The translations under genes were made by a program, and so were the position numbers. From Planctomycetota bacterium (GTDB lineage: Bacteria > Planctomycetota > GCA-002687715 > DRQF01): 39,237 nt of DNA. Below are positions 18,841 to 28,797 of the stretch, one piece after another. The stretch covers positions 22,534-61,770 of the forward strand of contig JALTLO010000076.1 of NCBI GenBank assembly GCA_027001995.1. The letters run 5' to 3'. Each line of letters begins with the position of its first letter. Positions within the stretch are counted from its first letter, which is position 1. The notes beneath the pieces were generated by a model that was not told where the DNA came from, searched no databases, and worked only from the letters and a program-made list of their open reading frames with translations.

Positions 18841-19920
18841 CTAACGCCCCACGTTCAAGCATTGGCGAGGGTGCCTGGAAAACCCCACGCGTCCATCTTT
18901 GGCATTGACCACAACAAAAGTAGAAGTGCCTGATGCTGAAGGCGAGAATTCCACTCGGTAGTGCCCTAAGTTCGTTTTCGTCACACGAATAGGTTTCAAT
19001 TCTGAAAAGTTCGCTTCACGGCTCAAGAATGCCAAGGCTCGTTGAGAAGCGACACTCTTGTTCTTAATCGATACGAGTTCTGGCTCGCTCACCCTTGAGT
19101 TGCCCTCAAGCCATTCCTGGGTCCCAGGCTCACCTGAATAAATCCTCTCCACCAACCATTCCAGAGACGCACTCAGTTCTTTGCCAATCTCCCACTCCCC
19201 CTCCTTTCTAAAGCTAAGACGAACGCAACGGCCATCCACCCCCGCTAGGATTGCGCCTTCTCCCAGTTCTATGGCCATCGTCGCTTTGTTTACAATGAAT
19301 AGATCACTGAGCTCAGTTCCACTGGCCATCGGTACATGGTTCAAAGTTGTCCCTCCGCCTCCCCCTAAACTTCCAGCCTTCACCTCAACGGTACAGAGAT
19401 CAGCAAATTCGCCTGCAATCTTCTTCAGGCTCACGGAAATGCGCCCGACGTAGTTCCCTGTTCTTGGAGCAGGATTCACAGCCCTGTCAGGAGCAACCCC
19501 CACAGACATACCCGGCCCAACCATCAGATGAATTGGAGTTGCTGAAGTGACAAACCATGTCCAAGAAATCGATTCATTGCTGCTTTCGTTTAAGACCGGT
19601 GCATGGACGCGAAGACTCTCACGGGTAGGGAGCCCACCAAGAAGTCCGGGACAAATAAACGTAGAAGTCTGCGGGAAAGAAGTTCTTTGTTTCTCGATAT
19701 AGGCCATTATCTCAGCAGAGCCTACGTTCTGGGGCTCGACAGAAGACCTTTCTGGTTCAGGAGCCGAGCCCGAGTGAGGATTCTCGGGATGGGCGCGACC
19801 GCAAAGTTCGCAAACCCTGGCATCCTGCGTTGCTGCGGCCCCTGGTACTTCTTCACCATTGTACCCGCCACAAGACATCAACAATAGGAACGTTGTTGCC
19901 AAAACAAGAACCATTCGCAT
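18841..19920 (-). CDS. Hypothetical lipoprotein
   Basis: MRMVLVLATTFLLLMSC lipobox, SD AGAGGTG, 359-aa ORF, CELCGRAH motif near the N-terminus. Confidence 0.7.
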   Translation of the reverse strand: MRMVLVLATTFLLLMSCGGYNGEEVPGAAATQDARVCELCGRAHPENPHSGSAPEPERSSVEPQNVGSAEIMAYIEKQRTSFPQTSTFICPGLLGGLPTRESLRVHAPVLNESSNESISWTWFVTSATPIHLMVGPGMSVGVAPDRAVNPAPRTGNYVGRISVSLKKIAGEFADLCTVEVKAGSLGGGGGTTLNHVPMASGTELSDLFIVNKATMAIELGEGAILAGVDGRCVRLSFRKEGEWEIGKELSASLEWLVERIYSGEPGTQEWLEGNSRVSEPELVSIKNKSVASQRALAFLSREANFSELKPIRVTKTNLGHYRVEFSPSASGTSTFVVVNAKDGRVGFSRHPRQCLNVGR

Positions 19921-20125
19921 AGTTTCACCTCTTTAACCGCCAACCAAGAAAGCATTCCCGTCAAGACAGATGATACAATCAATCAGCAAAGCAAGAAAGC
20001 ATGGCCAAATTCGCTACTGAATTCAAAACCCCACCACCTGAAAACCTGAAAACGCCTCGTAGAAAAAGTGTTCTGCCGGATTGCCGTCAAGTTCTCTCTG
20101 GCAAGTCTCTTTGCTACTTTCCCCT

Positions 20126-20626
20126 ATGAAACCTACATCAGCACCCAGTTTTTTTTCAATTGCTCGCTACTTAGGCTGTATCACCTTCATTGCGCTAGGA
20201 TCTCTATTTCTCTACCAAGGCAACAAGAGCCTGGCATGGAATAGAATTAACGATTGGCCCGCCGCAGAAGGCACCGTTGAGAAGGCCATTCTCCAACAAT
20301 CTTACAGCAAGGGCGGCTCATCCTTCCGACCTTGTATTTCTTGCCGCTACTTCGTGGATGGCAAAGAATATCACTGTGAAAACCTAGACGAGAGTGTCAC
20401 ACCCAGGACTTTCTCTCAAACAAGAGATGCTCAAGCCATCATGCAGAAATTTTCCAAGGGCAGGAAAGTCCAGGTTTTCTACGACCCCAAGGATCCCTCT
20501 TCCGCTGTCCTCAGAAGGTTCAACCCATCAGGTAGCTATCAATCAATGGGACTCGGAGCGTTCGCGATCATCTGTGGCCTGGCTTTCTTCATCCTCTTTG
20601 GAAGAGTTTCCAAACCTCAGAAATGA
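20126..20626 (+). CDS. DUF3592-like membrane protein
   Basis: TM, then WPAAEGTV...YFVDGKEY...GRKVQVFYDPKDPSSAVL, then a second TM. Confidence 0.85.
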   Translation: MKPTSAPSFFSIARYLGCITFIALGSLFLYQGNKSLAWNRINDWPAAEGTVEKAILQQSYSKGGSSFRPCISCRYFVDGKEYHCENLDESVTPRTFSQTRDAQAIMQKFSKGRKVQVFYDPKDPSSAVLRRFNPSGSYQSMGLGAFAIICGLAFFILFGRVSKPQK

Positions 20627-20649
20627 GGGCGCCGACGAGATTCCTCTTC

Positions 20650-21102
20650 CTACTTCTCTTTCTGAATTCGGAATTCTTGAACACCCTCCCGAATCTGGAG
20701 CGACAAGGGTTTCAAGTTCTTCACAACAGTTCCGCGCCTTCGCCCAACCTGCACGACCTCCACACGGAACATGAACTTGCCGGTGCCACTCAATTGAAAC
20801 GTCGCTTTGCCGGATTCAAGAATGCGATCATACCTCGCCCCTGCGAGGAGTCTGGCATTCGGGTCAGGGAATGCTCGGAAATTTCGAAAGTCTCTGTACA
20901 TCGTCACTTTGATCTCAGTCCCTTTGGCCTCCAGGTCCTTAAATGATGGAAGTTCCAAATTAACGATAGGACCTGGCTGTAGTTGGACGGTAACATCCCC
21001 TTCCCTCACATTGACCGTTATTGGCTTGTACCCCCAAGCAACGATTTGAGAGACGGCCCTCCTGAGATCAAGATTATCCTTAGGTAGAAAGTGACCAGAG
21101 TC
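20650..21102 (-). pseudogene. Probable 5'-truncated fragment of a carboxypeptidase-regulatory-like surface protein
   Basis: The frame is open from 21102 with no good start or SD. AWGYKPITVNVREGDVTVQLQPGP resembles the end of such a beta-sandwich repeat and lies partly upstream of the first possible start codon (GTG 21009). Confidence 0.4.
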
Positions 21103-21186
21103 TCATTCTTCAATAGTCCCGAGCTCCAAAAACAAAGGCACTTAGCCCGGACTATGACTTTCCAAAGAAACTCGTTATTCTGCCCT

Positions 21187-22197
21187 ATGGACCCACTATC
21201 CCAAGCCGTGCTGGGCGCACTTTTGCCTCAAGCACTCAGTAAGCCAGAGACCATTCGCAAAGCAAGTCTTCTTGGCCTTGCTGGGGGCATGGCTGCTGAT
21301 CTTGACGTCTTGATTCGCTCCACACACGATCCGCTCCTGCAGATCGAATACCATCGCCATTTTAGTCATTCGCTCATCTTCATTCCCATGGGAGGCCTCA
21401 TCGTCGGTGCCGCTTTTTGGCCATTTCTGAAGAAGCACATGGACTTCTCCCAGATCTACAAGTGGGCCACGTTGGGATATGGCACGGGCGGATTACTGGA
21501 CGCCTGCACAAGCTATGGCACCCGCCTTCTCTGGCCTTTTTCTCAGACACGGGTGGCCTGGGATCTCATTTCGATCATTGACCCCATCTTCACTCTAACG
21601 ACTCTTACTTTGTCCATCCTGGCGGCAAGAAAACGGTCTCCAAAATTGGCGAAATGGGCATGGCTCTTCATTTTCTTGTACTTGTCTTTCGGGTCATTTC
21701 AGCAGCGGCGAGCCAAAAGCATCGCCATGGATCTGGCTGATAGTCGAGGCGACAAAGTCGAAAGAATCGTGTTAAAGCCAAGTTTTGGCAATCTGTTTCT
21801 TTGGCGAAGTACCTATGAGACCAAGAGTCGGTACATCCAAGTCGATGGCATCCGCCCCGGTTTCTTTGAAGAAGACCGCGTCTACCAAGGCGAGCGCTGG
21901 GCCCTGGTATCAGCCAAGCAAGCGGCGAAAGGACAAGAACACGATACTACCCTCTATCATGACATAGAACGCTTCGCCCACTTCTCCGATGACTGGTTGG
22001 GGGTTCACCCTGCAAACAAAAACGTCATCGCCGACATGCGCTACGCAAACATGCCAGACAAGATTAACCCTCTTTGGGGCATAGAACTCGACTATGATCA
22101 TCCCAACCGCCATGCAAAGTGGCGCACATACCGTTCGGTTGACAAGGCGAAAGTCAAACGCTTGTGGAGCATGATATTGGCAAGAGACCTGGAGTAG
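21187..22197 (+). CDS. Membrane-bound metal-dependent hydrolase (YdjM/DUF457-like)
   Basis: MDPLSQAVLGA, ADLDV, HRHFSHS, LLDACTSYGTRLLWPFS, IIDPIFTL. Confidence 0.9.
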   Translation: MDPLSQAVLGALLPQALSKPETIRKASLLGLAGGMAADLDVLIRSTHDPLLQIEYHRHFSHSLIFIPMGGLIVGAAFWPFLKKHMDFSQIYKWATLGYGTGGLLDACTSYGTRLLWPFSQTRVAWDLISIIDPIFTLTTLTLSILAARKRSPKLAKWAWLFIFLYLSFGSFQQRRAKSIAMDLADSRGDKVERIVLKPSFGNLFLWRSTYETKSRYIQVDGIRPGFFEEDRVYQGERWALVSAKQAAKGQEHDTTLYHDIERFAHFSDDWLGVHPANKNVIADMRYANMPDKINPLWGIELDYDHPNRHAKWRTYRSVDKAKVKRLWSMILARDLE

Positions 22198-22432
22198 TCC
22201 AAGAATACACTTCTTCCCAAATGTTATCGCCAGAGTTTCGGACGCCCCTTGTAAGGTTGCAATCCTAGGAGAGGATCTCCCTCACCCTGATTAGCCACTT
22301 AAGACAGCGCCCCTCGTTGCTCCAAGAATTTTTGTCGGAGGATAAGGCATGGAGTAGAGAGTCTCTTGGTGTAGAATGCATGAATGCAAATTTCGCCAAT
22401 GGCCCTTTTCATAGATCCAAGAGTATCACGTC

Positions 22433-22933
22433 ATGCCAAAATACCTCAGGCCACTTCTTATTGGTCTCTTGTTTATGGCCGCCTGCCAAACGACACCTGA
22501 AGACGGCCAGCAAAAACAGAATTCGATGAAAGGAGATAGAAACGTGGAACTGGGAAACTTCTCCATCAGTCTCAATGTCAAAGATATCGCTGCTTCTCGT
22601 ACTTTTTACGAAAAGTTAGGCTTTGTTCAGACCAATGGTGTTCAAGCTGACAACTGGCTCGTCATGCAAAGCGGAACTACAACCATAGGCCTATTCCAAG
22701 GCATGCTCACATCCAACATCTTGACTTTCAACCCAGGTTGGAACCACAAGAAGGAAACTTTGGACCGTTTTACTGATGTGCGAGATCTGCAAAGCAAATT
22801 CAAGAAAGCCGGCCTTACCCTCGTGACAGAAGCGGATGGGAATAGCACCGGCCCGGCACACATGATTCTGACAGATCCCGATGGCAACACGATCATGTTT
22901 GATCAACATGTCGACAAGCCCTCAACGCCCTAG
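22433..22933 (+). CDS. VOC/glyoxalase family protein with an in-frame N-terminal lipoprotein-like leader; alternative start GTG 22544
   Basis: Core (M)ELGNFSISLNVKDIAASRTFYEKLGF...IGLFQGM...LTFNPGW...DPDGNTIMFDQH. Leader MPKYLRPLLIGLLFMAAC. Confidence 0.9.
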   Translation: MPKYLRPLLIGLLFMAACQTTPEDGQQKQNSMKGDRNVELGNFSISLNVKDIAASRTFYEKLGFVQTNGVQADNWLVMQSGTTTIGLFQGMLTSNILTFNPGWNHKKETLDRFTDVRDLQSKFKKAGLTLVTEADGNSTGPAHMILTDPDGNTIMFDQHVDKPSTP

Positions 22934-23086
22934 CCCGTGTGATTGCCGACCTTGAAACTGCCAACTTTTGCAGAGCCTCCGACTTCCCGGCAGTCGGCCC
23001 TCGCGAGGCAAACACCACATCAACTCAGAAAAGACTTCGCTGTTTATCCCTATGAGGTCACCGAATTGGAAAGCCTGAGTACGAAT

Positions 23087-23127
23087 AGAGGGGGCCGACG
23101 GCATCAATACCGTCGCCCCCCTCTTTT
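23087..23127 (+). terminator. Intrinsic terminator between convergent genes
   Basis: AGAGGGGGCCGACGG-catcaata-CCGTCGCCCCCCTCT pairs 14 of 15 bp and runs into a T tract. Confidence 0.75.
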
Positions 23128-23243
23128 GCTCGGCTCATTCACGAGATCGTGGTCGTAAGAGGCGACTGAGGCAGAGTCTGGGTGCTATACCGAACCTGGC
23201 GACCCACGAGGTCATGAATTATTCTTACCCATCGCAATCAGAA

Positions 23244-25829
23244 CTACTTGTAGAGAATCGCCAAACCCGCACTGCAAGTGAAATTCCCAGGTGCCAGCGG
23301 ATCATAAGCATAGACCTGTTGATAATAAACCGTGCCAGACAAGTTCATTGGCACCAAGAAAGGCAAATCCCACGTGCCAACTCCAGGAACACCAAAATGA
23401 CCGTCGGCGACGAAAGGTAAGACTTCCGTAGCATTGGTATAATTCGTCAATGTTGGCAGCGGATATCCTTGCTGAACAACAGGTGTGTCACCATAGACGA
23501 AGTACAAAAGCGTACCTCCCCGAAGTCCGGTAACCTTGAGTGTTGCAGTATCACCAGCCCCCAATGCGCCCACGACGTTCAATCGGGGGACGAAACCACC
23601 ACCGCCCGCAGCTCCTTCACCGTATTGGAACTTGATGCCACTGTTAGCGGGGGTTTTCGTCAGATTCTTGTAGATACGATCACCCACGAGGTCCAAGTCT
23701 CCGTCTCCGTCAATATCAACCAGTGAATCGCCCGACATCACATGGGGTGCCACGATCTGCCAACCGGCGTTGGCAACACCAAAAGAGACATTCTTTCGCA
23801 TGGTCATAGTCCTCGGCATGTACCATTCTTGCACAGTACTTGAAATGATGTCCAACGTGCCGTTGAGATCAATATCAACGATGTCGATGAAGGGTCGCAT
23901 GTCAGGAGAAGAGTAGACTCCAAGACTTGGGCCAAGAAAGACTTGGAACGCTCGACCACCTAAATTTCTTAGGGCGACAGATGACGATCCCTGGTAAACG
24001 ACAATGTCCAAGAGTCCATCACCGTCAACGTCTTTCACACGATTGGTGGATGAAAAGGCAACACCGTAGGATTGCCCTAAGGTCCAATTGGCACCGGGGA
24101 GACCCCAACGCACAACAGAATTGTTCAACAGCAAGTCTGCCATGCCATCGGAATCAAGATCAACAACTGAAGAAACCGGACCAACAGCGGCGCCTGGAGT
24201 GAAGAAGCCAAGACCGTCGTTGAGCCAAACTCGGCTATCGTCACTGTAGTCTACCCTCCCTGCAACAAAATCGATGTCGCCGTCATCATCAACATCGGCA
24301 GCAAAGCTCCATTTCGGGTGAGCTGGTGCATTGCCCCCATCAAGAAACCTCTGCCCCGGAAGCGTGCAAGCTCCAGCAAGGGAAAAGTGACCGTTGCCAT
24401 TCCCCTTTACCAACTGGAGATTGATGAAAGAGAGACTGGATGCGTCAAGCAATTCACAAATGAAGTCAATGTTGCCGTCACCATCGAAATCCCCGAACCC
24501 GATCTGCTCACCAAAAACAGTTCCTGCTGCGGCTTGAGCTCCCAGCAGTTTCGAGACAAACCCACCAGCGGCACTGTTGAACATAGCGGAATAGGCGTCA
24601 TTCGGTAAATCGGCATCGAAGTCTCCATCAAGATCGATAACTCCAGCAAGACCAATGCCTCCCGAAGGCCCCATACCGACCACAGGCTGTGTGATTGGAC
24701 CATCGGCATAATAGACACATCGTCCGCCAACCAAGTCCAAGTCGCCATCGCCATCAACATCTGCGGCACCCGCTAACTTGTCAGCACCTAGTCCAGGCAT
24801 GGCCACCGAATTGGCGAAATTTCCACTACCGTCATTGTAAGCGATCAAGAAGTTCGAAGTGATGTCATTCCTGTCGTAAGACGTCGTAGAACCGCCACCA
24901 CAACACACTCCATCCAAGTCTCCATCGGAATCAATGTCCACAAGACGATCAGCTGGGCCACCCAGGGCAGAAGGCTGAACGGTGAAGTTCCCTGCTCCAT
25001 CCCCACGCAGCAAGACGTAACTTCCTAAGAAGCTAAAAACAACGATGTCAATATCACTGTCGCCATCAACGTCTCCGATGGAAGGGCGAACTGGCTTCCC
25101 GGCCTGCTGGGGGTTCCCGTGAACCCAAGTACTGCTCAAACTTGGAACCCCACCAGAGAAACTCCAGATTCGAATATCTGATGCCCCCAAAGCGACAACA
25201 TCTTCAAGGCCATCACCATCCACATCACCGCTTGTGATTTGCAATATTCCGGTGGCCGGAACAACTGGTCCGGCCGTCAAGAGGCCTGCCCCATTCCTAA
25301 AGTAGTAGCGAAGGGCCCCTTCATCGGAAACGGTGATATCGACATCTCCATCGCCATCGAAGTCGCCAACGGCAACGCCATTGCGCGCTGCAGCGATTGT
25401 CTCAGTGAAGAGTGGAGACGCCCAAAAGTTCACTATCGCAGCTCGATCAAGAACAACGAATTGACCACCAATGGCAAGAATGAACTCTTTCGTCCCATCA
25501 TCGTCGACATCCGCCATGGTAGAAGCCCAAGTCGTGGCCGGAGCCGAATCAATGTAGGGCACGGTGACACTGACGGAAGCAGAGCTTGTGGTAAAACCAA
25601 GAAAGCCGTTGTCGATGATCGATACAGCAACGGATGATCGATTCGAATTGGTCCACCACCAACCAATAGCATCGAGATCGCCATCACCATCCATATCAGC
25701 CAACTCATCCATTCGGTAGTACTCGCCAATAGCCACCAAGGGCGCGTCGAAGACTTTTTTGGATTCCTGAGCAGCGATGCCCCCAGAAAACAGGGCCAAG
25801 GCGCCAGCGACCAACAAGAACTTGTTCAT
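23244..25829 (-). CDS. Secreted FG-GAP/VCBS repeat protein with a C-terminal beta domain
   Basis: Signal peptide MNKFLLVAGALALFSGGIAA. More than 12 DxDGDGDxD Ca-binding repeats. SD GAGAGG before ATG 25829. Confidence 0.9.
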   Translation of the reverse strand: MNKFLLVAGALALFSGGIAAQESKKVFDAPLVAIGEYYRMDELADMDGDGDLDAIGWWWTNSNRSSVAVSIIDNGFLGFTTSSASVSVTVPYIDSAPATTWASTMADVDDDGTKEFILAIGGQFVVLDRAAIVNFWASPLFTETIAAARNGVAVGDFDGDGDVDITVSDEGALRYYFRNGAGLLTAGPVVPATGILQITSGDVDGDGLEDVVALGASDIRIWSFSGGVPSLSSTWVHGNPQQAGKPVRPSIGDVDGDSDIDIVVFSFLGSYVLLRGDGAGNFTVQPSALGGPADRLVDIDSDGDLDGVCCGGGSTTSYDRNDITSNFLIAYNDGSGNFANSVAMPGLGADKLAGAADVDGDGDLDLVGGRCVYYADGPITQPVVGMGPSGGIGLAGVIDLDGDFDADLPNDAYSAMFNSAAGGFVSKLLGAQAAAGTVFGEQIGFGDFDGDGNIDFICELLDASSLSFINLQLVKGNGNGHFSLAGACTLPGQRFLDGGNAPAHPKWSFAADVDDDGDIDFVAGRVDYSDDSRVWLNDGLGFFTPGAAVGPVSSVVDLDSDGMADLLLNNSVVRWGLPGANWTLGQSYGVAFSSTNRVKDVDGDGLLDIVVYQGSSSVALRNLGGRAFQVFLGPSLGVYSSPDMRPFIDIVDIDLNGTLDIISSTVQEWYMPRTMTMRKNVSFGVANAGWQIVAPHVMSGDSLVDIDGDGDLDLVGDRIYKNLTKTPANSGIKFQYGEGAAGGGGFVPRLNVVGALGAGDTATLKVTGLRGGTLLYFVYGDTPVVQQGYPLPTLTNYTNATEVLPFVADGHFGVPGVGTWDLPFLVPMNLSGTVYYQQVYAYDPLAPGNFTCSAGLAILYK

Positions 25830-26190
25830 GTTATTCCCTCTCAAACCTGATCGTAAAATTAGCCAGAGGCTTTCGTCGGACACGACCCGTCAATGTGCCA
25901 ACAACCCCACCAACTTTGCTTTCCAAGACACGCTCCAATCAGAAACGGTACAAGATGCCCCGACGATGAGGAAGAATTATATGACTAAACTTCCTGATAG
26001 TTCAGAATTCATGCTCAGAAGAGTGGATTTATCCTGCCAGAGTATCAGGGGACTCAATCAACCACGACTTAGATTTTGCCCGTGACAACTTGCAGAGATA
26101 AACGAAGAGTCAATCTGAGAAGATCAACGCATACTAAAGCAGAAAGCGAAGCCTTCCCAGACCGAGATAATCGCTTATGGACTTGCGTCC

Positions 26191-28377
26191 CTATCGCTTC
26201 ACGTTCAAAGCCCTGGCACGATGAAGTTTCCGGTAACTTTCAATGAGTTTCGCGTGTTTTTCCAAGCCTTCGAGTTTCATGCTTGTAGGAGCTAGCCCTG
26301 AAAACCGAACTTCCCCGGAGACAGAACCCAAGACTTCCTTCATGGTTTCACTGCCAAACATCCTGGTGAAATTTCCAACATAATGTTCAAGATCCAATTG
26401 ATCATCGACGGTGATTTCCAAAACTGCGCTGAGGGCCTGGTAAAAAAGGTTCCGTTCAGTGCTATTGTCGTTGAAGGCTAAAAAGTTGGCGACCATGAAC
26501 TTGGCTTCTTCGTATTCCTTCAGGGCAAGGAAGATAAGAATCTTGAGTTCACCAATATCGAGTTGGCCCCAAACGGTGTTCTCATCGAATGCCACACCAA
26601 TAAGCCCAGAGATCCTGGTGTAGTTGTCCAGCTGGCTTTCTTCGAGTTTTTCAACCAAGGAACGAAGTTGCTCATCGCTCAAAGAGTGAAGGTTCAAAAT
26701 GTCTTGGCGAAATCCAAGGGCTCTATTGGTGTTATCCCAGATTAGATCTTCGGGAGAATAAATCTCCGAATATCCCGGAACAAGAATGCGACATGCATGT
26801 CCGCCGAAGTCCTCATAGACAGCGACGTAGACTTCTTTGCCCATGGCTTTGAGAATGTCCATGAGATAGGCAGTCTCCTCTTCAGTACTACCTGAGAAGT
26901 CCCACTCGCAAAAATCAAAGTCACTCTGGTCGCTGAAGAACTTCCAAGACACCACGCCAGTTGAATCAATGAAGTGTTCAACGAAGTTGTTTGGCTCGGT
27001 GACCGCCAAGCTATTGAAAGTTGGTTGAGGAACATCATTGAGGCCCTCGAAACTCCTGCCCTGCAATAACTCCGTCAAACTGCGTTCAAGAGCCACTTCA
27101 AATTTCGGATGGGCTCCGAAAGAAGCAAATACACCACCCGTCCTCGGGTTCATCAGAGTGACGCACATCACAGGAAACTTGCCACCCATCGAGGCATCCT
27201 TGACCAAAATAGGAAAACCCTTGGCCTCTAGTTCTTCAATACCTGCAAGGATGCTTGGAAACTTTTCTAAGACGGACTTCGGCACATCGGGCAAGGCCAA
27301 TTCTTCCTCAAGAATCTGTTTCTTGACACCCCGTTCGAATATTTCTGACAGGCATTGCACTTGCGCTTCGTGAACGGTGTTACCCGCACTCATGCCGTTG
27401 CTCACAAAGAGGTTTCCGATCAAGTTCGCAGGAAAGTAAACGGTCTGTTTGTCTGATTGACGCTCGAAAGGAAGACCGCAGATGCCCCTATCACTTCGCC
27501 CGGAGTTGGTGTCAACCAGATGAGATCCTCGCAATTCCTGATTTGGGTTGTAGACACCGAGACAAGTTTCGTCCAAGAGGCCATCAGGCAACCGATCGTC
27601 TTCGCCAATTGGAAACCACTTCTCATCGGGGTAGTGAACAAACTCGCTGTTTGCTATTTCCTCCCCTAAGAAGTGGTCATTGTAGAAATAGTTACAAGCG
27701 CTGCGTTCGATGTATTCACCAAGGGCAGAGCAAAGCGCGCTATCTTTGCACGCCCCTTTGCCATTCGTGAAGCACATAGGAGAAGAGGCATCACGGATAT
27801 GCACAGACCAAACGTTGGGCACAATATTTCGCCAGGAAGCGACTTCGATGGTGATTCCAAGATCTGCCAAGATCGCAGTCATGTTCTTAATGGTTTCTTC
27901 CAACGGCAAATCCTTGCCCAAGATCAGAGTCTCTGTGTCAGGGGCAGTATGGCTGGCGTACATGAGACTCGAATCTTGACCCAATGACTCAACGGCCTCG
28001 ATCTCGAAACTCGGGCCGGTCTGAATCACCTTCTTGACGGTGCAGCGGTCAATAGACTTGATGATCCCTTCGCGGTCTCGCTGGGAAATGCTCTCAGGCA
28101 GCTCGGCATGAATCTTGAATATCTGATTGTACCTATTCTCAGGATCGATGATGTTGTGCTGCGAGATGCGAATATCTTCGGTGGGGATATCTCGAGCGAT
28201 GCAATAAATCCGAACGAAATAGGCCGCACAAAGTGCCGAGGAGGCTAAGAAATAGTCAAAAGGGTTGGGGGCTGAGCCATCGCCTTTGTAGCGGATCGGT
28301 TGATCGGTGACGACGGTGAAGTCATCAAACGTCGCTTCTTGTCTGAGATTATCCAAGAAACGTACTTTGATTTCCAT
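26191..28377 (-). CDS. OsmC domain / YcaO domain fusion protein
   Basis: N-terminal OsmC domain (DQP...GDGSAPNPFDYFLASSALC...DRCTVKK). YcaO ATP-binding motifs: TNGKG, SALGEYIER, SNGMSAGNT...SEIFER, ERSLTELLQGR. Confidence 0.95.
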   Translation of the reverse strand: MEIKVRFLDNLRQEATFDDFTVVTDQPIRYKGDGSAPNPFDYFLASSALCAAYFVRIYCIARDIPTEDIRISQHNIIDPENRYNQIFKIHAELPESISQRDREGIIKSIDRCTVKKVIQTGPSFEIEAVESLGQDSSLMYASHTAPDTETLILGKDLPLEETIKNMTAILADLGITIEVASWRNIVPNVWSVHIRDASSPMCFTNGKGACKDSALCSALGEYIERSACNYFYNDHFLGEEIANSEFVHYPDEKWFPIGEDDRLPDGLLDETCLGVYNPNQELRGSHLVDTNSGRSDRGICGLPFERQSDKQTVYFPANLIGNLFVSNGMSAGNTVHEAQVQCLSEIFERGVKKQILEEELALPDVPKSVLEKFPSILAGIEELEAKGFPILVKDASMGGKFPVMCVTLMNPRTGGVFASFGAHPKFEVALERSLTELLQGRSFEGLNDVPQPTFNSLAVTEPNNFVEHFIDSTGVVSWKFFSDQSDFDFCEWDFSGSTEEETAYLMDILKAMGKEVYVAVYEDFGGHACRILVPGYSEIYSPEDLIWDNTNRALGFRQDILNLHSLSDEQLRSLVEKLEESQLDNYTRISGLIGVAFDENTVWGQLDIGELKILIFLALKEYEEAKFMVANFLAFNDNSTERNLFYQALSAVLEITVDDQLDLEHYVGNFTRMFGSETMKEVLGSVSGEVRFSGLAPTSMKLEGLEKHAKLIESYRKLHRARALNVKR

Positions 28378-28797
28378 AATGAGCTCTTTTCTAAGGCATG
28401 GTTAAGCGAATCGACTTCCTTCTAACAAAAGAGATTATGGAAGAGGATGAGATTGACGAGAAACAGCCCTCCGACGGTATCGAGACTCCCGCAAGAGGAA
28501 CACGCCTGATATTTTGCCGATTGCACGCCGATCAACGACGAGTCGAAAGCACCACTCCCAACCACTCACGTCTCGCTGATTGAAGCCCTCGCCTCCGAGC
28601 CATAGCGAATTGGTAACGATTTCTGCCTACAAGCCTTTCAATTCCCACACCCGGGGGCCTTCAATCTTCGTCAAATTCCGGTCCGAGGACCCGTTTTAGA
28701 GTCATCAAAGAAGTTTCTTGGCGCCTGGCACGATTGTTGCTCTTTCGATTTCCATTCGAAGCAGCGCAGACCGAAGTAAATAAGACTATTGGGGTAA

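Noticed and set aside
19790..19815. Heme c binding site in the lipoprotein
   Set aside because: The motif is CxxC-x3-H, not CxxCH.
21103..21105. Other in-frame TGA codons (here and 36774-36776) as Sec codons
   Set aside because: Neither aligns with a Cys redox motif and I saw no SECIS-like hairpin after them.
28398..28583. 61-aa ORF beside YcaO as a RiPP precursor
   Set aside because: It is divergent, starts only 20 nt from the YcaO start, and has no Cys/Ser/Thr-rich core or leader features.
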